Of a stretch of DNA of 61,615 nucleotides, positions 36,292 through 46,846 are shown piece by piece (position 1 is the first letter of the stretch; every line of letters begins with the position of its first letter). The translations under genes were made by a program, and so were the position numbers. The DNA is from Bacillota bacterium (GTDB taxonomy: Bacteria > Bacillota > Limnochordia > Darwinibacteriales > DTU012), in assembly GCA_012521805.1 (NCBI GenBank), contig JAAYLQ010000127.1, positions 1 to 61,615 of the forward strand. Direction: 5' to 3'. Below the pieces are notes generated by a model. It saw nothing but the letters and a program-made list of their open reading frames with translations. It made no database searches and was not told where the DNA came from.

Positions 36292-38886
36292 GTGACTCAA
36301 ACCCCCATGATGCAGCAGTATACTCGGATCAAGTCTCAGTATCCAGACACGTTACTATTTTTCCGTTTGGGAGATTTCTACGAGCTGTTTGGCGATGATG
36401 CTAAAATAGCTGCCAAGGTCCTCGATATAACCTTAACGTCACGTGATCGCAGTAAGGAAAACCCTATTCCAATGTGCGGTGTGCCCTACCATGCGGTGGA
36501 TGGGTATTTAGAGAAATTAATTAAGCATGGGTTTCGCGTAGCCATTTGTGAACAGCTGGAAGATCCGAAAACCGCCAAAGGAGTAGTTAAGCGGGATGTG
36601 GTTCGGGTAGTCACTCCCGGCACCTATTTAGAAGCTGATGTGGAAGATAACAGTAATATTTACCTAGCTGGAATTATCCAGCGTGAATCTGAAGTTGGCA
36701 TGGCAGTAGTTGACTTGTCCACAGGGGAATTTAAAGTTACCCTGATTGATGATCCGACAAGTTTTAGAGATGAAATAACAAGAATCAAACCGGCAGAGAT
36801 TATTGTTCCAGACAATGCTGATTTTGATCTTGCACCGTACCTAGAGCAAATCAGGCCAACGATTACTAAAACAGCCCACAGAAATTGGTTTACCGATTCC
36901 TGTGAATTTCTGCTTGCAAAGCATTTCCAAGTACAAAACTTAGCGATATTGGGTCTGGACCATGAATTATTGGTGCAAAGTGCAGGTGCTGTCCTGGCCT
37001 ATCTGCAGGAAACACAAAAAGCAGCACTGCCCCACATCACCAACATCTCGAAATACTCTTTGTCTCACTATCTGCAAATTGATGCTGCAAGTTTTCGAAA
37101 CTTAGAACTGTCCCGCACAATCCGGGAAGGCAAAAAAGTCGGCTCGCTTTTGGGAGTTATTGATCAAACTGTTACCAGTATGGGCGGCAGATTGCTCCGC
37201 TCTTGGGTGGAAAAACCGTTAATTGATCCAAAAGAGATTAAAAAGCGCCAGGCTGCTGTTAGTTATCTGTACGAAAACAATCTTGTCCGTATGGAATTGG
37301 CTGGGTTATTAGAGCAGGTACAGGACTTGGAGCGTTTAACCAGTAGACTGGTCTACGGAACAGGTAACGCCCGCGATCTAATAGCCCTTAAACGTTCCTT
37401 GATGCAGATTCCGAAAATCCAAGCGCTTCTGCTTGCTCAAGAATCTGCATTAACAGAGTACTGCCATCAGCTCGACTCTCTAACAGATTTAACAGAAATA
37501 ATTGAACAGGCAATTGTGGATAACCCGCCAGTAAGCGTGCGCGAAGGCGGATTGATTAAATCTGGTTTTAGTGCAGAGCTAGATGAGCTGAGAAGGATAA
37601 ACAAGGACGGCAAATCCTGGATTGCCTCCCTTGAGGCGTCTGAACGGGAGCGGACAGGGATCAAGTCGCTTAAAGTTGGATTCAACAAGGTTTTTGGCTA
37701 TTATATCGAGGTGACCAAGGCAAATCTCCACTTGGTTCCTGAAGATTATCAGCGCAAACAAACTCTAGCTAATTCAGAGCGATATTTTACACCAGAATTA
37801 AAGGAAAAGGAAGCAATGATTCTCGGTGCTGAAGAGCGGATTACTGAATTAGAGTATGAGCTCTTCACTCAAGTGCGAGATAAGGTGAACGAACATGTAG
37901 TCGAGATTCAAACTAATGCTCATATCCTTGCTGTGCTTGATGTATTCCAATCTTTAGCGAAAGTGGCTTTGGATCAGGACTATGTGTGCCCAGAAATTAC
38001 AACCGATACCACAATTGAAATTAAGGATGGGCGGCATCCGGTAATTGAAGCAATCCAACCAAATTTTGTTCCTAATGATTTAACCCTTACCGAAGATAAA
38101 AAAATTATCCTGCTTACTGGACCGAATATGGCAGGTAAGAGCACGTTTCTGCGTCAAACTGCATTGATTGTAATTTTAGCTCAGATTGGCAGTTTTGTTC
38201 CGGCTGCTTCAGCTTCAATTGGCATTGTTGATAAAATATTTACCCGGATCGGTGCCAGCGATGACCTTAGTACCGGTCAAAGTACATTTATGGTTGAGTG
38301 CAGCGAAACAGCCAATTTAGTCCGCAATGCAACCGAACGCTCCCTGATCATTCTCGATGAATTAGGACGAGGCACAAGTACTTTTGATGGCATGGCAATT
38401 GCCCAAGCGGTAATTGAATATATTCACAATCGGGTAAAAGCCCGCACCTTGTTTTCAACCCATTACCATGAACTGACGCAGCTGGAAGAGTCACTTCCCA
38501 GTTTGAAAACTTACCAAATGGCAGTTGAAGATCAAGGCGGCAGAATCTATTTCCTCCACAAAGTAATTCCGGGCAATGCAGATAAAAGCTACGGAATCAA
38601 TGTAGCAAAGATGGCCGGGATGCCTGATAGCATTATCCACCGTGCTGAAACCCTGCTTTATAAGTTTGAAGCAGATCAGAAAAAGCCGGTGCAGCTAAAT
38701 CTCTTTCAAAGTCTACAGCATCCATTAGCAGCCGCCGCAAAGGAATCAGAGCCCCAGGCCACAGTGGTTATGTCAGCGGTGAAAGAGCAGCTGTTAAATA
38801 CTGATCTCAATGAAATTACGCCCCTCGCGGCCCTGAATCTGCTGGCGAAGCTGCAGAATATGCTGAATGAAGGTGACCAGAAATGA
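36292..38886 (+). CDS. mutS: DNA mismatch repair protein MutS
   Basis: The N-terminus reads [30 protein letters not shown]. Walker A (GPNMAGKST), STFMVE and DELGRGTS are present. Confidence 0.97.
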   Translation: MTQTPMMQQYTRIKSQYPDTLLFFRLGDFYELFGDDAKIAAKVLDITLTSRDRSKENPIPMCGVPYHAVDGYLEKLIKHGFRVAICEQLEDPKTAKGVVKRDVVRVVTPGTYLEADVEDNSNIYLAGIIQRESEVGMAVVDLSTGEFKVTLIDDPTSFRDEITRIKPAEIIVPDNADFDLAPYLEQIRPTITKTAHRNWFTDSCEFLLAKHFQVQNLAILGLDHELLVQSAGAVLAYLQETQKAALPHITNISKYSLSHYLQIDAASFRNLELSRTIREGKKVGSLLGVIDQTVTSMGGRLLRSWVEKPLIDPKEIKKRQAAVSYLYENNLVRMELAGLLEQVQDLERLTSRLVYGTGNARDLIALKRSLMQIPKIQALLLAQESALTEYCHQLDSLTDLTEIIEQAIVDNPPVSVREGGLIKSGFSAELDELRRINKDGKSWIASLEASERERTGIKSLKVGFNKVFGYYIEVTKANLHLVPEDYQRKQTLANSERYFTPELKEKEAMILGAEERITELEYELFTQVRDKVNEHVVEIQTNAHILAVLDVFQSLAKVALDQDYVCPEITTDTTIEIKDGRHPVIEAIQPNFVPNDLTLTEDKKIILLTGPNMAGKSTFLRQTALIVILAQIGSFVPAASASIGIVDKIFTRIGASDDLSTGQSTFMVECSETANLVRNATERSLIILDELGRGTSTFDGMAIAQAVIEYIHNRVKARTLFSTHYHELTQLEESLPSLKTYQMAVEDQGGRIYFLHKVIPGNADKSYGINVAKMAGMPDSIIHRAETLLYKFEADQKKPVQLNLFQSLQHPLAAAAKESEPQATVVMSAVKEQLLNTDLNEITPLAALNLLAKLQNMLNEGDQK

Positions 38887-40724
38887 ATCGAATTCAAGTG
38901 CTGCCTGATTACATAGCCCACAAAATTGCTGCTGGTGAAGTAATTGAACGTCCAGTATCGGTTGTAAAAGAACTGGTAGAAAATTCGATTGATGCGATGG
39001 CAACAAGTATTGAAGTTGAAATTATGGATGGCGGCAAAGAATACATCAGAGTCAGCGATAACGGCACAGGTATATACCGCGATGACCTGAAACTTGCCTT
39101 TTTGCCCCATGCAACCAGCAAAATCAGGACAGTGGACGATTTGTTTAACATCACGTCCCTCGGTTTCCGAGGCGAAGCACTAGCTAGTATTGCCAGCGTG
39201 TCAAATTTGATTTTGCGCTCCAGAACAACAGATACCTTGCAGGGGTATCAGATTAGTTTTAGCGAGGATAATCAGGCTGTAATTGAGCCTGTTGGCATGG
39301 ATAAAGGTACTACAGTAGAAGTTCGAAGGCTATTCTACAATACCCCCGCCAGGTATAAATTCTTGAGGCAATCAGCTACAGAACGGCGATATATCGTCGA
39401 GTTTGTCAGCAGAATCGCTGTGGCTCATCCCCACATTGCCTTTAAGCTAATTGCTGACGGAAAACTTGCGGTAAGAACCCATGGACAGGGTGAACTTAAA
39501 GAAGCACTGGCCAATATATTGGACCACCGCACGGTTAAAGACTTAGTTCCAATTGATACTAAAACCGAGTGGGGAGGAATCAGCGGTTATCTTAGTAAAC
39601 CCAGACTGACCAGAAAAAGCCGCCAGGGACAGCTGATCATCTTAAATGGCCGAATCATCGAAAGCTCACTGATTTCCAGCGCTGTGGAACGAGCTTACGC
39701 CGGAATGTTAGCCAGTAAGCAGTATCCTATCTTTTTCTTAATCCTAACAATGGATCCGAAAATTGTAGATGTCAACGTTCATCCTGCTAAAAGCCAGGTG
39801 CGTTTTCAGGATGATAGTCAGCTTTACCAGGAGATCAGCTCTGCCTGCAGAGAGATCCTCCTGGAAAGTGACCTCACTCATAAGTTAACCAGTGTGAGAA
39901 CAACCGATTCAGTACCGGAACGTAGTGAGCCACAGCAGGTTAACTTAGAATTTGAGCAGTATTTTCCCTGGCAGCCGCTTACTTGGAGTAAAGTAGATGC
40001 ATTTCTCCAAAAAGAAAAACGTATGTCAGCTCCAAGTCCATCTTTTGATTATCGTGACGAAGCATCGGCGGTAGAGGTTCAGCCTGCGGTTGAAGTTGAA
40101 CTGGAAGCTGCAGAAGATAACAAAGTTGCTGAACCAAAGACCAACATATATCAAATCAAGGATCAGCTATTGAATGGACGGATTATTGGTCAGTTTAGGC
40201 AGACCTACATTCTTTTAGAAACTACTAATGGTCTCTGGCTGTTGGATCAGCATATTATTCACGAGCGGATTATCTATGAACAAATCCTAAATAGAGAACA
40301 AGCCGCCTTTGTCCAGCAAACAATTCCGCAGACTTTACATTTCAGCAGCGCCGAGGCTGGACTTGTATCCGAACAGTTAGATAAATTAAGAGATTTAGGT
40401 GTTGAGCTGGAAGAGTTTGGCACCAATAGTTTTCTTCTACGAGGTATTCCCCAGTATTTTGCTGCCCGAGATATTATTGTTGACGAGCAGCTGATTCTGG
40501 AGCTAGTGAACGATCTATCTCAACAAAAAAACTGGCGTGAAAAAGCTGCAGTGACTCTAGCTTGCAGGAGTGCGGTAAAGGCTGGACAGCGTCTGAACGA
40601 AAGGCAAATTCATGCGCTGTTAGCTCAGCTGGCCGAAACGGAGAATCCGTTTACCTGTCCCCACGGACGACCGATTATTGTAAGAATTGAAGATAAAGAG
40701 ATTGAAAGACGTTTTGGTAGGTGA
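38883..40724 (+). CDS. mutL: DNA mismatch repair endonuclease MutL
   Basis: The N-terminus reads [24 protein letters not shown]. The sequences [10 protein letters not shown] and the C-terminal endonuclease motif [12 protein letters not shown] are present. The start forms an ATGA overlap with mutS. Confidence 0.96.
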   Translation: MNRIQVLPDYIAHKIAAGEVIERPVSVVKELVENSIDAMATSIEVEIMDGGKEYIRVSDNGTGIYRDDLKLAFLPHATSKIRTVDDLFNITSLGFRGEALASIASVSNLILRSRTTDTLQGYQISFSEDNQAVIEPVGMDKGTTVEVRRLFYNTPARYKFLRQSATERRYIVEFVSRIAVAHPHIAFKLIADGKLAVRTHGQGELKEALANILDHRTVKDLVPIDTKTEWGGISGYLSKPRLTRKSRQGQLIILNGRIIESSLISSAVERAYAGMLASKQYPIFFLILTMDPKIVDVNVHPAKSQVRFQDDSQLYQEISSACREILLESDLTHKLTSVRTTDSVPERSEPQQVNLEFEQYFPWQPLTWSKVDAFLQKEKRMSAPSPSFDYRDEASAVEVQPAVEVELEAAEDNKVAEPKTNIYQIKDQLLNGRIIGQFRQTYILLETTNGLWLLDQHIIHERIIYEQILNREQAAFVQQTIPQTLHFSSAEAGLVSEQLDKLRDLGVELEEFGTNSFLLRGIPQYFAARDIIVDEQLILELVNDLSQQKNWREKAAVTLACRSAVKAGQRLNERQIHALLAQLAETENPFTCPHGRPIIVRIEDKEIERRFGR

Positions 40725-40728
40725 TTTA

Positions 40729-41655
40729 ATGCAAAAACCAGTTGTTTTGGTACTGGTTGGACCAACAGCAGTTGGCAAAACAGAAACAGCTCTCACATTA
40801 GCACAAGAATTAAACTGCGAAATAATATCCGCCGATTCGATGCAAGTATACCGGGGAATGGACATCGGAACAGCAAAAGCAACTCGATATGAGCAGAGTA
40901 TAGTCAAGCATCATTTACTGGATATTATTGATCCGGATCAAAAATTTACTGCTGCGGATTACGTCAGCCTCGCTGACAGCTGCATTAAAGAGATTACCGC
41001 TAGAAATCGACTGCCGTTAGTGACCGGTGGAACCGGACTGTATATTAATGCTTTAATTGACGGATTCTTATTTCCCGATCAGGGAGAAAACAGAACAGTT
41101 CGCAATCAGCTGCAGGCGAGAGCGAAAAGCGATCCTGGTGGTCTTTATCGAGAACTGCAAGAAGTTGATCCTAAGTCTGCTGCAAAACTGCATCCAAATG
41201 ATCTGCGGCGGATTATTCGGGCACTGGAAGTATACTATACTCGAGGACAACCTATCAGCGAACTGCAGGCAAAAAAAGGCGCAGAGAAGAAATACCGTCC
41301 AGTAATGATCGGATTAAATCGAAATCGAGAACTCCTTTACCAGAGAATAGAGGCTCGAGTAGATCAAATGATCAATAACGGACTGATTGATGAAGTAAGC
41401 GACCTCCTGCAGAAATATCCTCATCAGCCCACCGCACTCCAGGCAATTGGCTACAAAGAACTGGCCCTCTATTTAAAAGGATATCTTACAATTGAAGAAG
41501 CAATAGCCCTGATCAAGCGGGAAACTCGCCGCTATGCTAAACGACAGCTGTCTTGGTTTCGCAGGGATAAACGGATCAAATGGTATGATTTGGATCAAAC
41601 AGATATAGCTCAGATAATTTTGGATACCAGAGAAAGATTAAGACAAGTCACGTAA
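40729..41655 (+). CDS. miaA: tRNA dimethylallyltransferase
   Basis: The P-loop GPTAVGKT and the sequences SADSMQVYRGMDIGTAK and KRQLSWFR are present. Confidence 0.95.
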   Translation: MQKPVVLVLVGPTAVGKTETALTLAQELNCEIISADSMQVYRGMDIGTAKATRYEQSIVKHHLLDIIDPDQKFTAADYVSLADSCIKEITARNRLPLVTGGTGLYINALIDGFLFPDQGENRTVRNQLQARAKSDPGGLYRELQEVDPKSAAKLHPNDLRRIIRALEVYYTRGQPISELQAKKGAEKKYRPVMIGLNRNRELLYQRIEARVDQMINNGLIDEVSDLLQKYPHQPTALQAIGYKELALYLKGYLTIEEAIALIKRETRRYAKRQLSWFRRDKRIKWYDLDQTDIAQIILDTRERLRQVT

Positions 41656-41678
41656 CCCCAGTTTACGTGGCTTTTTTT
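41649..41678 (+). terminator. intrinsic terminator after miaA
   Basis: The hairpin is CACGTAA-ccccagt-TTACGTG, then GC and TTTTTTT. Confidence 0.8.
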
Positions 41679-41761
41679 ATGTCTTTATGAACAAAATGTT
41701 TCAAGCTGCGTATATATATTAGGTGAGGTTGCTTTTGTTTGAGGTCTGGTGGAGGGAAAAT

Positions 41762-42703
41762 ATGGATAAGGAAGAGATTATCAATTTGGTAGAGAATGGA
41801 GAGGTTACGGTGAGTGAGGCTTTGTCCAGGTTGAGAAAGGCATACACAGGAACAGACAAAACGAAAGCAGAGTTAACCCAGAATGAAAAAGTTATGGCTG
41901 TTAAAAAGCAGCTAGACAGCTTAATTGGACTGCATTCAGTAAAAGAACTAGTTAACGAAGTCCAAGCCTTTGTCGAGATTCAGCAGCGGCGCAGCGCATT
42001 AAACTTGGCATCTGAACCGGTAGTCCTTCATATGATATTTAAGGGAAATCCAGGAACTGGAAAAACTACAGTTGCGCGGATAATTGGCCAGCTGTTTCTC
42101 GCCATGGGTGTGTTGCAGAAAGGACATTTAGTGGAAGTTGAGCGGGCTGACTTAGTAGCAGAATACATTGGACAGACCGCTCAGCGGACTAGAGAACAGC
42201 TTCGCAGAGCCCAGGGAGGAGTTTTGTTTATTGATGAAGCCTATTCCTTAGCTCGAGGGGGCACCAGAGACTTCGGCAAGGAAGCAATCGATACGATTGT
42301 AAAAACAATGGAAGATCAGAGAAACAATCTCATTGTGATTTTGGCTGGATATTCTGCACCTATGGAAGCGTTCCTGCAGACAAACCCGGGATTACGATCG
42401 CGGTTTCCCATCGTCATTTCTTTTCCGGATTATTCTAGTTTCGAGCTGTTTAGGATTGCTGAGCAGATGCTGCTGCAGCGGGAGTATCAGCTGACCAAAG
42501 CAGCCCGCCGAAAGCTTCTCCGGATCATTGAAGAACTAAAAGAACGGGATACTGAAAATTTTGGAAACGCTCGCACCGTCCGCAATATGATTGAAAAAGC
42601 AATTCGCAAGCAAGCTGTTAGACTGGTAAATATTCCCAATGCATCGCGGACCCAATTGATGGAAATTACAGAAGAGGATATCCAGGAGGTGAGCGATGTT
42701 TGA
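41762..42703 (+). CDS. spoVK: SpoVK/CbbX-type AAA+ ATPase
   Basis: The sequence GLHSVKELVNEVQAFVEIQQRR is followed by Walker A (GNPGTGKTTVAR) and Walker B (GVLFIDEAYSL). NLIVILAGY and NARTVRNMIEKA are also present. Confidence 0.85.
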   Translation: MDKEEIINLVENGEVTVSEALSRLRKAYTGTDKTKAELTQNEKVMAVKKQLDSLIGLHSVKELVNEVQAFVEIQQRRSALNLASEPVVLHMIFKGNPGTGKTTVARIIGQLFLAMGVLQKGHLVEVERADLVAEYIGQTAQRTREQLRRAQGGVLFIDEAYSLARGGTRDFGKEAIDTIVKTMEDQRNNLIVILAGYSAPMEAFLQTNPGLRSRFPIVISFPDYSSFELFRIAEQMLLQREYQLTKAARRKLLRIIEELKERDTENFGNARTVRNMIEKAIRKQAVRLVNIPNASRTQLMEITEEDIQEVSDV

Positions 42704-43308
42704 AGCGCATGATTGTACTCGGACAGCCTAACGCTGGAAAGACCTTATTTACACTTAACTTTGCAGCATATTTAGACTTGGAATCGGTAACAATCAATTT
42801 TACAAACTATGAACGGGGCTGTTACAGTAAAACACTATCAATTGCTGAAGCCAAATCACTATTGGTAAGCGATACCGCTCATCACACCCGAGATATTCAA
42901 ACGCTCACGCTTACTCTGCCGTGGGGAAAAGGAGAAAAGCAGTTTGAATTGGTTGACACTACTGGCCTAACAGATGGTATCAATCATGATGAAGAAATTC
43001 GCAGGGCAATGGCCCAAACCCTAAGATTTATGCGGCAGGCTGACATTATTTTTCATCTCCTTGATTGTGCCAGAATTGCAAAGGTTGGTCTTCTAAAAGG
43101 CATAGGGGAAATCGACTATCAGATTGCCCAATTTGGTCAGCTGAAAAGAGGGTACTTAATATTAGCTAATAAAATTGATTTACCCAATGCCAAGGACGGA
43201 TTAGAAAAAATCATACAAGAATTTCCTGGCAACCGCATTATCAGAATCTCAGCTTTAACACAAAAGGGCTTCAAGGAGGTAAAGAATTATGCCAAAAAGC
43301 TTCTCTGA
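42700..43308 (+). CDS. stand-alone small GTPase (Era/EngA/FeoB-like TRAFAC class)
   Basis: The GTPase motifs are G1 GQPNAGKT, G3 DTTGL, G4 NKIDL and G5 SAL. The product is only about 200 aa. TTG 42700 overlaps the spoVK stop, and ATG 42709 is an alternative start. Confidence 0.75.
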   Translation: MKRMIVLGQPNAGKTLFTLNFAAYLDLESVTINFTNYERGCYSKTLSIAEAKSLLVSDTAHHTRDIQTLTLTLPWGKGEKQFELVDTTGLTDGINHDEEIRRAMAQTLRFMRQADIIFHLLDCARIAKVGLLKGIGEIDYQIAQFGQLKRGYLILANKIDLPNAKDGLEKIIQEFPGNRIIRISALTQKGFKEVKNYAKKLL

Positions 43309-43885
43309 GTGGATCAATCTGCTGCCTAGTTTTGGGGCGATCCTTTTCACTGCGGTGGCTGTAAAATGGCTGGATGATTTTATTGATGGTGAAAGCTATA
43401 CAGAATCATTTCGAGCAGGTGCAGCATACAGCCTAACAGCGATTCTGCTGGCGGCTGCCCTCGAATTTTCCCTCACCTTTGCACTATTTGCAGCCTGCTA
43501 CATCATCGGTATGTTTAACAGCTTGAAGATGCGGCTGCCTTCTGGGCTGCCGAGCTGGGCGGAATCGGTTATTGCTTTAATATTAGCGATCATTTTTAGT
43601 GGTTTTAAGCAGGTATGTTGGGCTTTACTGATCATAATCAGCGTTCAGCTGATTGATGACATTATGGACTATAAACTCGATCAGAGTCAGAACCGGTCTA
43701 ATGCAGTGCTTTATTTTGGACTGGAACGGAGCTGGATCTTGTTCTTGTTCTGCTTTTACTTATCACTGAAATTTCAGCCACTGCTCTCCGTGATCGTACT
43801 GGCCGCGGCTCTGATTACTGGAAACGTGCTGTTCAGTAAAGCAGGAGGAGGGAGAAGCCTTAATGCCACAACTAGATATGATTGA
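43289..43885 (+). CDS. polytopic membrane protein of unknown family with two DDxxD-type motifs
   Basis: ATG 43289 lies 9 nt after AAGGAGG and inside the GTPase 3' end (20-nt overlap). About 6 hydrophobic helices are present. The motifs are KWLDDFIDGE and QLIDDIMDYKLD. Confidence 0.6.
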   Translation: MPKSFSEWINLLPSFGAILFTAVAVKWLDDFIDGESYTESFRAGAAYSLTAILLAAALEFSLTFALFAACYIIGMFNSLKMRLPSGLPSWAESVIALILAIIFSGFKQVCWALLIIISVQLIDDIMDYKLDQSQNRSNAVLYFGLERSWILFLFCFYLSLKFQPLLSVIVLAAALITGNVLFSKAGGGRSLNATTRYD

Positions 43886-44102
43886 TCTGATCATTCTAGG
43901 GCTATTTGCAGTCTTTTATATTAGTTTTACACTAGGTTACAACAAGGGTCGCAAGCGGGGATATGCTGAAGGTGAAATTGAAAGCTTGTTAATACTGCGG
44001 GAAAAGAACTTATTATTGGGACAATGCTGTCTATGTGGGTTAAAGCAGGATTCTGATAGCTTATTACCGAATTATGGTAACTTGGATACCGAAGATTACT
44101 AA
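43863..44102 (+). CDS. 79-aa single-pass membrane peptide (Cys-rich tail)
   Basis: ATG 43863 follows GGAGGAGGG and overlaps the upstream gene by 23 nt. The TM helix is IDLIILGLFAVFYISFTLGY, followed by KGRKRG and then GQCCLCG. Confidence 0.45.
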   Translation: MPQLDMIDLIILGLFAVFYISFTLGYNKGRKRGYAEGEIESLLILREKNLLLGQCCLCGLKQDSDSLLPNYGNLDTEDY

Positions 44103-44147
44103 TCAAACGGTCGCAGAAAATCTACATTGAAGGAACGTGAATGGTAT

Positions 44148-45356
44148 ATGAGTATTATTGAAGCTGCAAAGGCTAAAGTTCAAGACCAATGGTCAGCCCT
44201 AGCAGAGGTCAGCAAGCTGAATCAAGCCAAGGTATTAACAGCATTCCAAGAATGCAGGGTAGGTGCCCATTGTTTTACAGATTCCACAGGTTATGGCTAC
44301 CATGACTTAGGCAGAGATGCCTTAGAAAATGTGTATAAAACTGTTTTTAAAACGGAAGCTGCCTTAGTGCGGCCCCAGATAGTTTCCGGCACCCATGCAA
44401 TCAATCTTTGCTTATCTATTCTAAACGCAGGAGATCAATTAATTTCGATCAGCGGCACTCCTTATGATACACTGCAGCAGGTGATCGGTACTAAAGGCAG
44501 CACAAGAACCAGCCTGATAAAACGGGGAGTAGAATATCAGGAGGTACCCCTCACCGCTGAAGGAAAACTCGATTATGATTTGATCGCCAAAACAGTTACC
44601 AAGGATACCCGCATGGTAATGCTTCAGCGTTCTAGAGGCTACAGCTGGCGCCCTTCAATTACCATCGAGGAGATTAAAAAGGCTTTTGCCATTGTTAAGT
44701 CCATCAATCCAGATTGTATCTGCTTTGTTGATAACTGTTACGGCGAGTTTGCTGAGCTTCAAGAACCAACGGAAGTTGGTGCAAATCTGATTGCTGGCTC
44801 CCTGATTAAAAACCCGGGTGGGGGATTAGCTCCCAGCGGTGGATATATCGTTGGAGACGCTGATTTAGTAGAACTCTGCAGCGAGTACCTGACTGCTCCT
44901 GGCATTGGAGCAGAAGTGGGACCAACATTTAATATGATCCGAGAGCTGATGCAGGGCTTCTTTATTGCACCCCATGTTGTAGGACAAGCCTTAAGAGGCG
45001 CAATTTTAGCTTCACAAGTCTTTCAAGATTTAGGTTATGAGGTTTCACCGCTGCCCACAGAAAAACGAACAGACATTATACAAGCAATTAAATTGAATTC
45101 TCGTGATAAATTATTAGCATTTTGCCGAGCAATTCAATTTGCAGCGCCTATCGATTCCCAATTCGCTCCGATTCCTGAGGATATGCCGGGTTATGATGAC
45201 CAAATAGTAATGGCAGGCGGAACATTCATCCAAGGTTCGTCAATCGAACTAAGTGCTGATGCACCTGTTAAGGAACCGTACATTGTCTATCTTCAGGGCG
45301 GACTGTGCCTAGAGCACGTTGAATTAGCATTAGAAGCGGTAATTAAAACTTTATAA
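44148..45356 (+). CDS. ynbB: PLP-dependent YnbB / 'aluminium resistance' family protein (Cys/Met-metabolism fold)
   Basis: The sequence FTDSTGYGYHDLGRDALENVYKTVFKTEAALVRPQIVSGTHAI is typical of the family. The start is uncertain (ATG 44148 or TTG 44127). Confidence 0.8.
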   Translation: MSIIEAAKAKVQDQWSALAEVSKLNQAKVLTAFQECRVGAHCFTDSTGYGYHDLGRDALENVYKTVFKTEAALVRPQIVSGTHAINLCLSILNAGDQLISISGTPYDTLQQVIGTKGSTRTSLIKRGVEYQEVPLTAEGKLDYDLIAKTVTKDTRMVMLQRSRGYSWRPSITIEEIKKAFAIVKSINPDCICFVDNCYGEFAELQEPTEVGANLIAGSLIKNPGGGLAPSGGYIVGDADLVELCSEYLTAPGIGAEVGPTFNMIRELMQGFFIAPHVVGQALRGAILASQVFQDLGYEVSPLPTEKRTDIIQAIKLNSRDKLLAFCRAIQFAAPIDSQFAPIPEDMPGYDDQIVMAGGTFIQGSSIELSADAPVKEPYIVYLQGGLCLEHVELALEAVIKTL

Positions 45357-45366
45357 GATATTCCTT

Positions 45367-45399
45367 ACCCTGTGTCCGGATTAGTCGGCACAGGGTTTA
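45367..45399 (+). terminator. probable intrinsic terminator after ynbB
   Basis: The hairpin is CCCTGTG(t)CCG-gattagt-CGGCACAGGG followed by TTTACTTT, a weak U-tract. Confidence 0.6.
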
Positions 45400-45471
45400 C
45401 TTTACTCTGATTTTGGCAGGATTTTACAATTTAATGTCGAATATTTAAGAACAATTTAAGGAGGGAAATCG

Positions 45472-46107
45472 ATGGGAGCTCGTACTGATCAGTTAACAGC
45501 GCCAGCTATTGAATGGGACAAGTTAACCGATGAAGAGATTGTCAGAATTGCCCAGCAGGGTAATCGCGACGCCGAAGAACACTTGATAAGAAAGTACCAG
45601 AAAATGGTCTTCATTTGGACCCGCTCATATTTTCTACAAGGAGCCGAACCGGATGATCTGATCCAAGAAGGTATGATCGGCTTGTACAAAGCAATTCGAG
45701 ATTTTTCCGTCGGTACTTCTTCTTTTTGGTCATTCGCTAAGTTGTGCATCATCCGCAACGTAATCAGTGCCATCAAGGGTACTACACGCCAAAAACATCT
45801 TCCGCTAAATTCCTACACATCCCTACATCGTCCGATAAAGGACACTGAAGGTGACCGTACACTTTTAGAAACTTTGACCAACCACAGGGTGGACGACCCT
45901 GAAGTTCTGGTGATCAACCGCGAAGAACTGCAGGCAACCAGCACTACTATCCAATCTATCCTTTCCAAATTTGAAAATGAGGTGTTTAGACTGTACATTT
46001 CCGGATTTACTTATCGCGAAATTGCTGAGCAGCTCAACACCCACACTAAATCTGTAGATAACGCTCTCTGCCGGATCAAAACCAAAATAGAAAAGAAATT
46101 ATCGTAG
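45472..46107 (+). CDS. sigH: RNA polymerase sigma factor SigH (early sporulation / transition state)
   Basis: There is strong similarity to B. subtilis Spo0H as recalled: SYFLQGAEPDDLIQEGMIGLYKAIRDF...FAKLCIIRNVISAIKGTTRQKHLPLNSYTSL...DRTLLE...VKSVDNALCRIKTKIEK. Confidence 0.88.
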   Translation: MGARTDQLTAPAIEWDKLTDEEIVRIAQQGNRDAEEHLIRKYQKMVFIWTRSYFLQGAEPDDLIQEGMIGLYKAIRDFSVGTSSFWSFAKLCIIRNVISAIKGTTRQKHLPLNSYTSLHRPIKDTEGDRTLLETLTNHRVDDPEVLVINREELQATSTTIQSILSKFENEVFRLYISGFTYREIAEQLNTHTKSVDNALCRIKTKIEKKLS

Positions 46108-46179
46108 ACACAGCGGTTTATCTACGGTAAAATAAATACACTAACAACAGCAGGAAAAATAGTCCAAGGAGTGTGGTCT

Positions 46180-46836
46180 GTGGATTTTTCTTTACCAGTG
46201 GTTGCACTTTTTAGATTATTACTTTCGGTAGTTTTTGGTGGTCTGATCGGATTAGAACGGGAAAGTCATGGCCGTCCTGCAGGATTCCGCACCCATATTC
46301 TTGTATCTTTAGGTTCAACTCTAATTATGATTATCTCCGCCTATGGACTCGCCAGTGTTAATCCAAGTTACGACCCCGGCCGCATTGCAGCTCAGGTTAT
46401 CAGCGGGATCGGGTTTTTAGGGGCAGGCACGATTATGCGGGAAGGTGCTAATATACGGGGACTAACCACGGCTGCCAGCTTGTGGGCTGTAGCTGGAATT
46501 GGTTTAGCTGTTGGGATTGGCATGTACTTCGCCGCTGCAGTTTCCACGATTTTGGTTGTGTTCACCTTAATCTACTTAAACAAATTTGAGCTAGGCCACA
46601 ACACCTACACTATTCGGATCACTACCAGCGACCAAATTAACCAAATGGCAGCTATTATTTCAGCTTTCGCTCAACATGGAGTACATATCAATCAGATGAC
46701 AATTAATAATCAGGATCACGGCATTGTAACGATTGAGATTACTGTTAATGCGCCAAAAAGGCATCAGCTCCAGCAGTTAATGGTAAAATTGAACGAGCTG
46801 GAAGGTATTAGTCGTGCTTCAATCGATAGGGAATAG
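46180..46836 (+). CDS. MgtC/SapB family membrane protein
   Basis: The sequences GLIGLERESHGRPAGFRTHILV and GIGFLGAGTIMREG match the family, and a C-terminal ACT-like domain follows. Confidence 0.85.
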   Translation: MDFSLPVVALFRLLLSVVFGGLIGLERESHGRPAGFRTHILVSLGSTLIMIISAYGLASVNPSYDPGRIAAQVISGIGFLGAGTIMREGANIRGLTTAASLWAVAGIGLAVGIGMYFAAAVSTILVVFTLIYLNKFELGHNTYTIRITTSDQINQMAAIISAFAQHGVHINQMTINNQDHGIVTIEITVNAPKRHQLQQLMVKLNELEGISRASIDRE

Positions 46837-46846
46837 GAGGAGTAGC

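Noticed and set aside
45435-45441. Perfect Spo0A-box heptamers (TGTCGAA) occur upstream of sigH (45435-45441) and upstream of the ExbB cluster (17190-17196).
   Set aside because: A 7-mer is expected about 7-8 times by chance in 61.6 kb on two strands. I could not define convincing promoters around them. They are kept as a note only.
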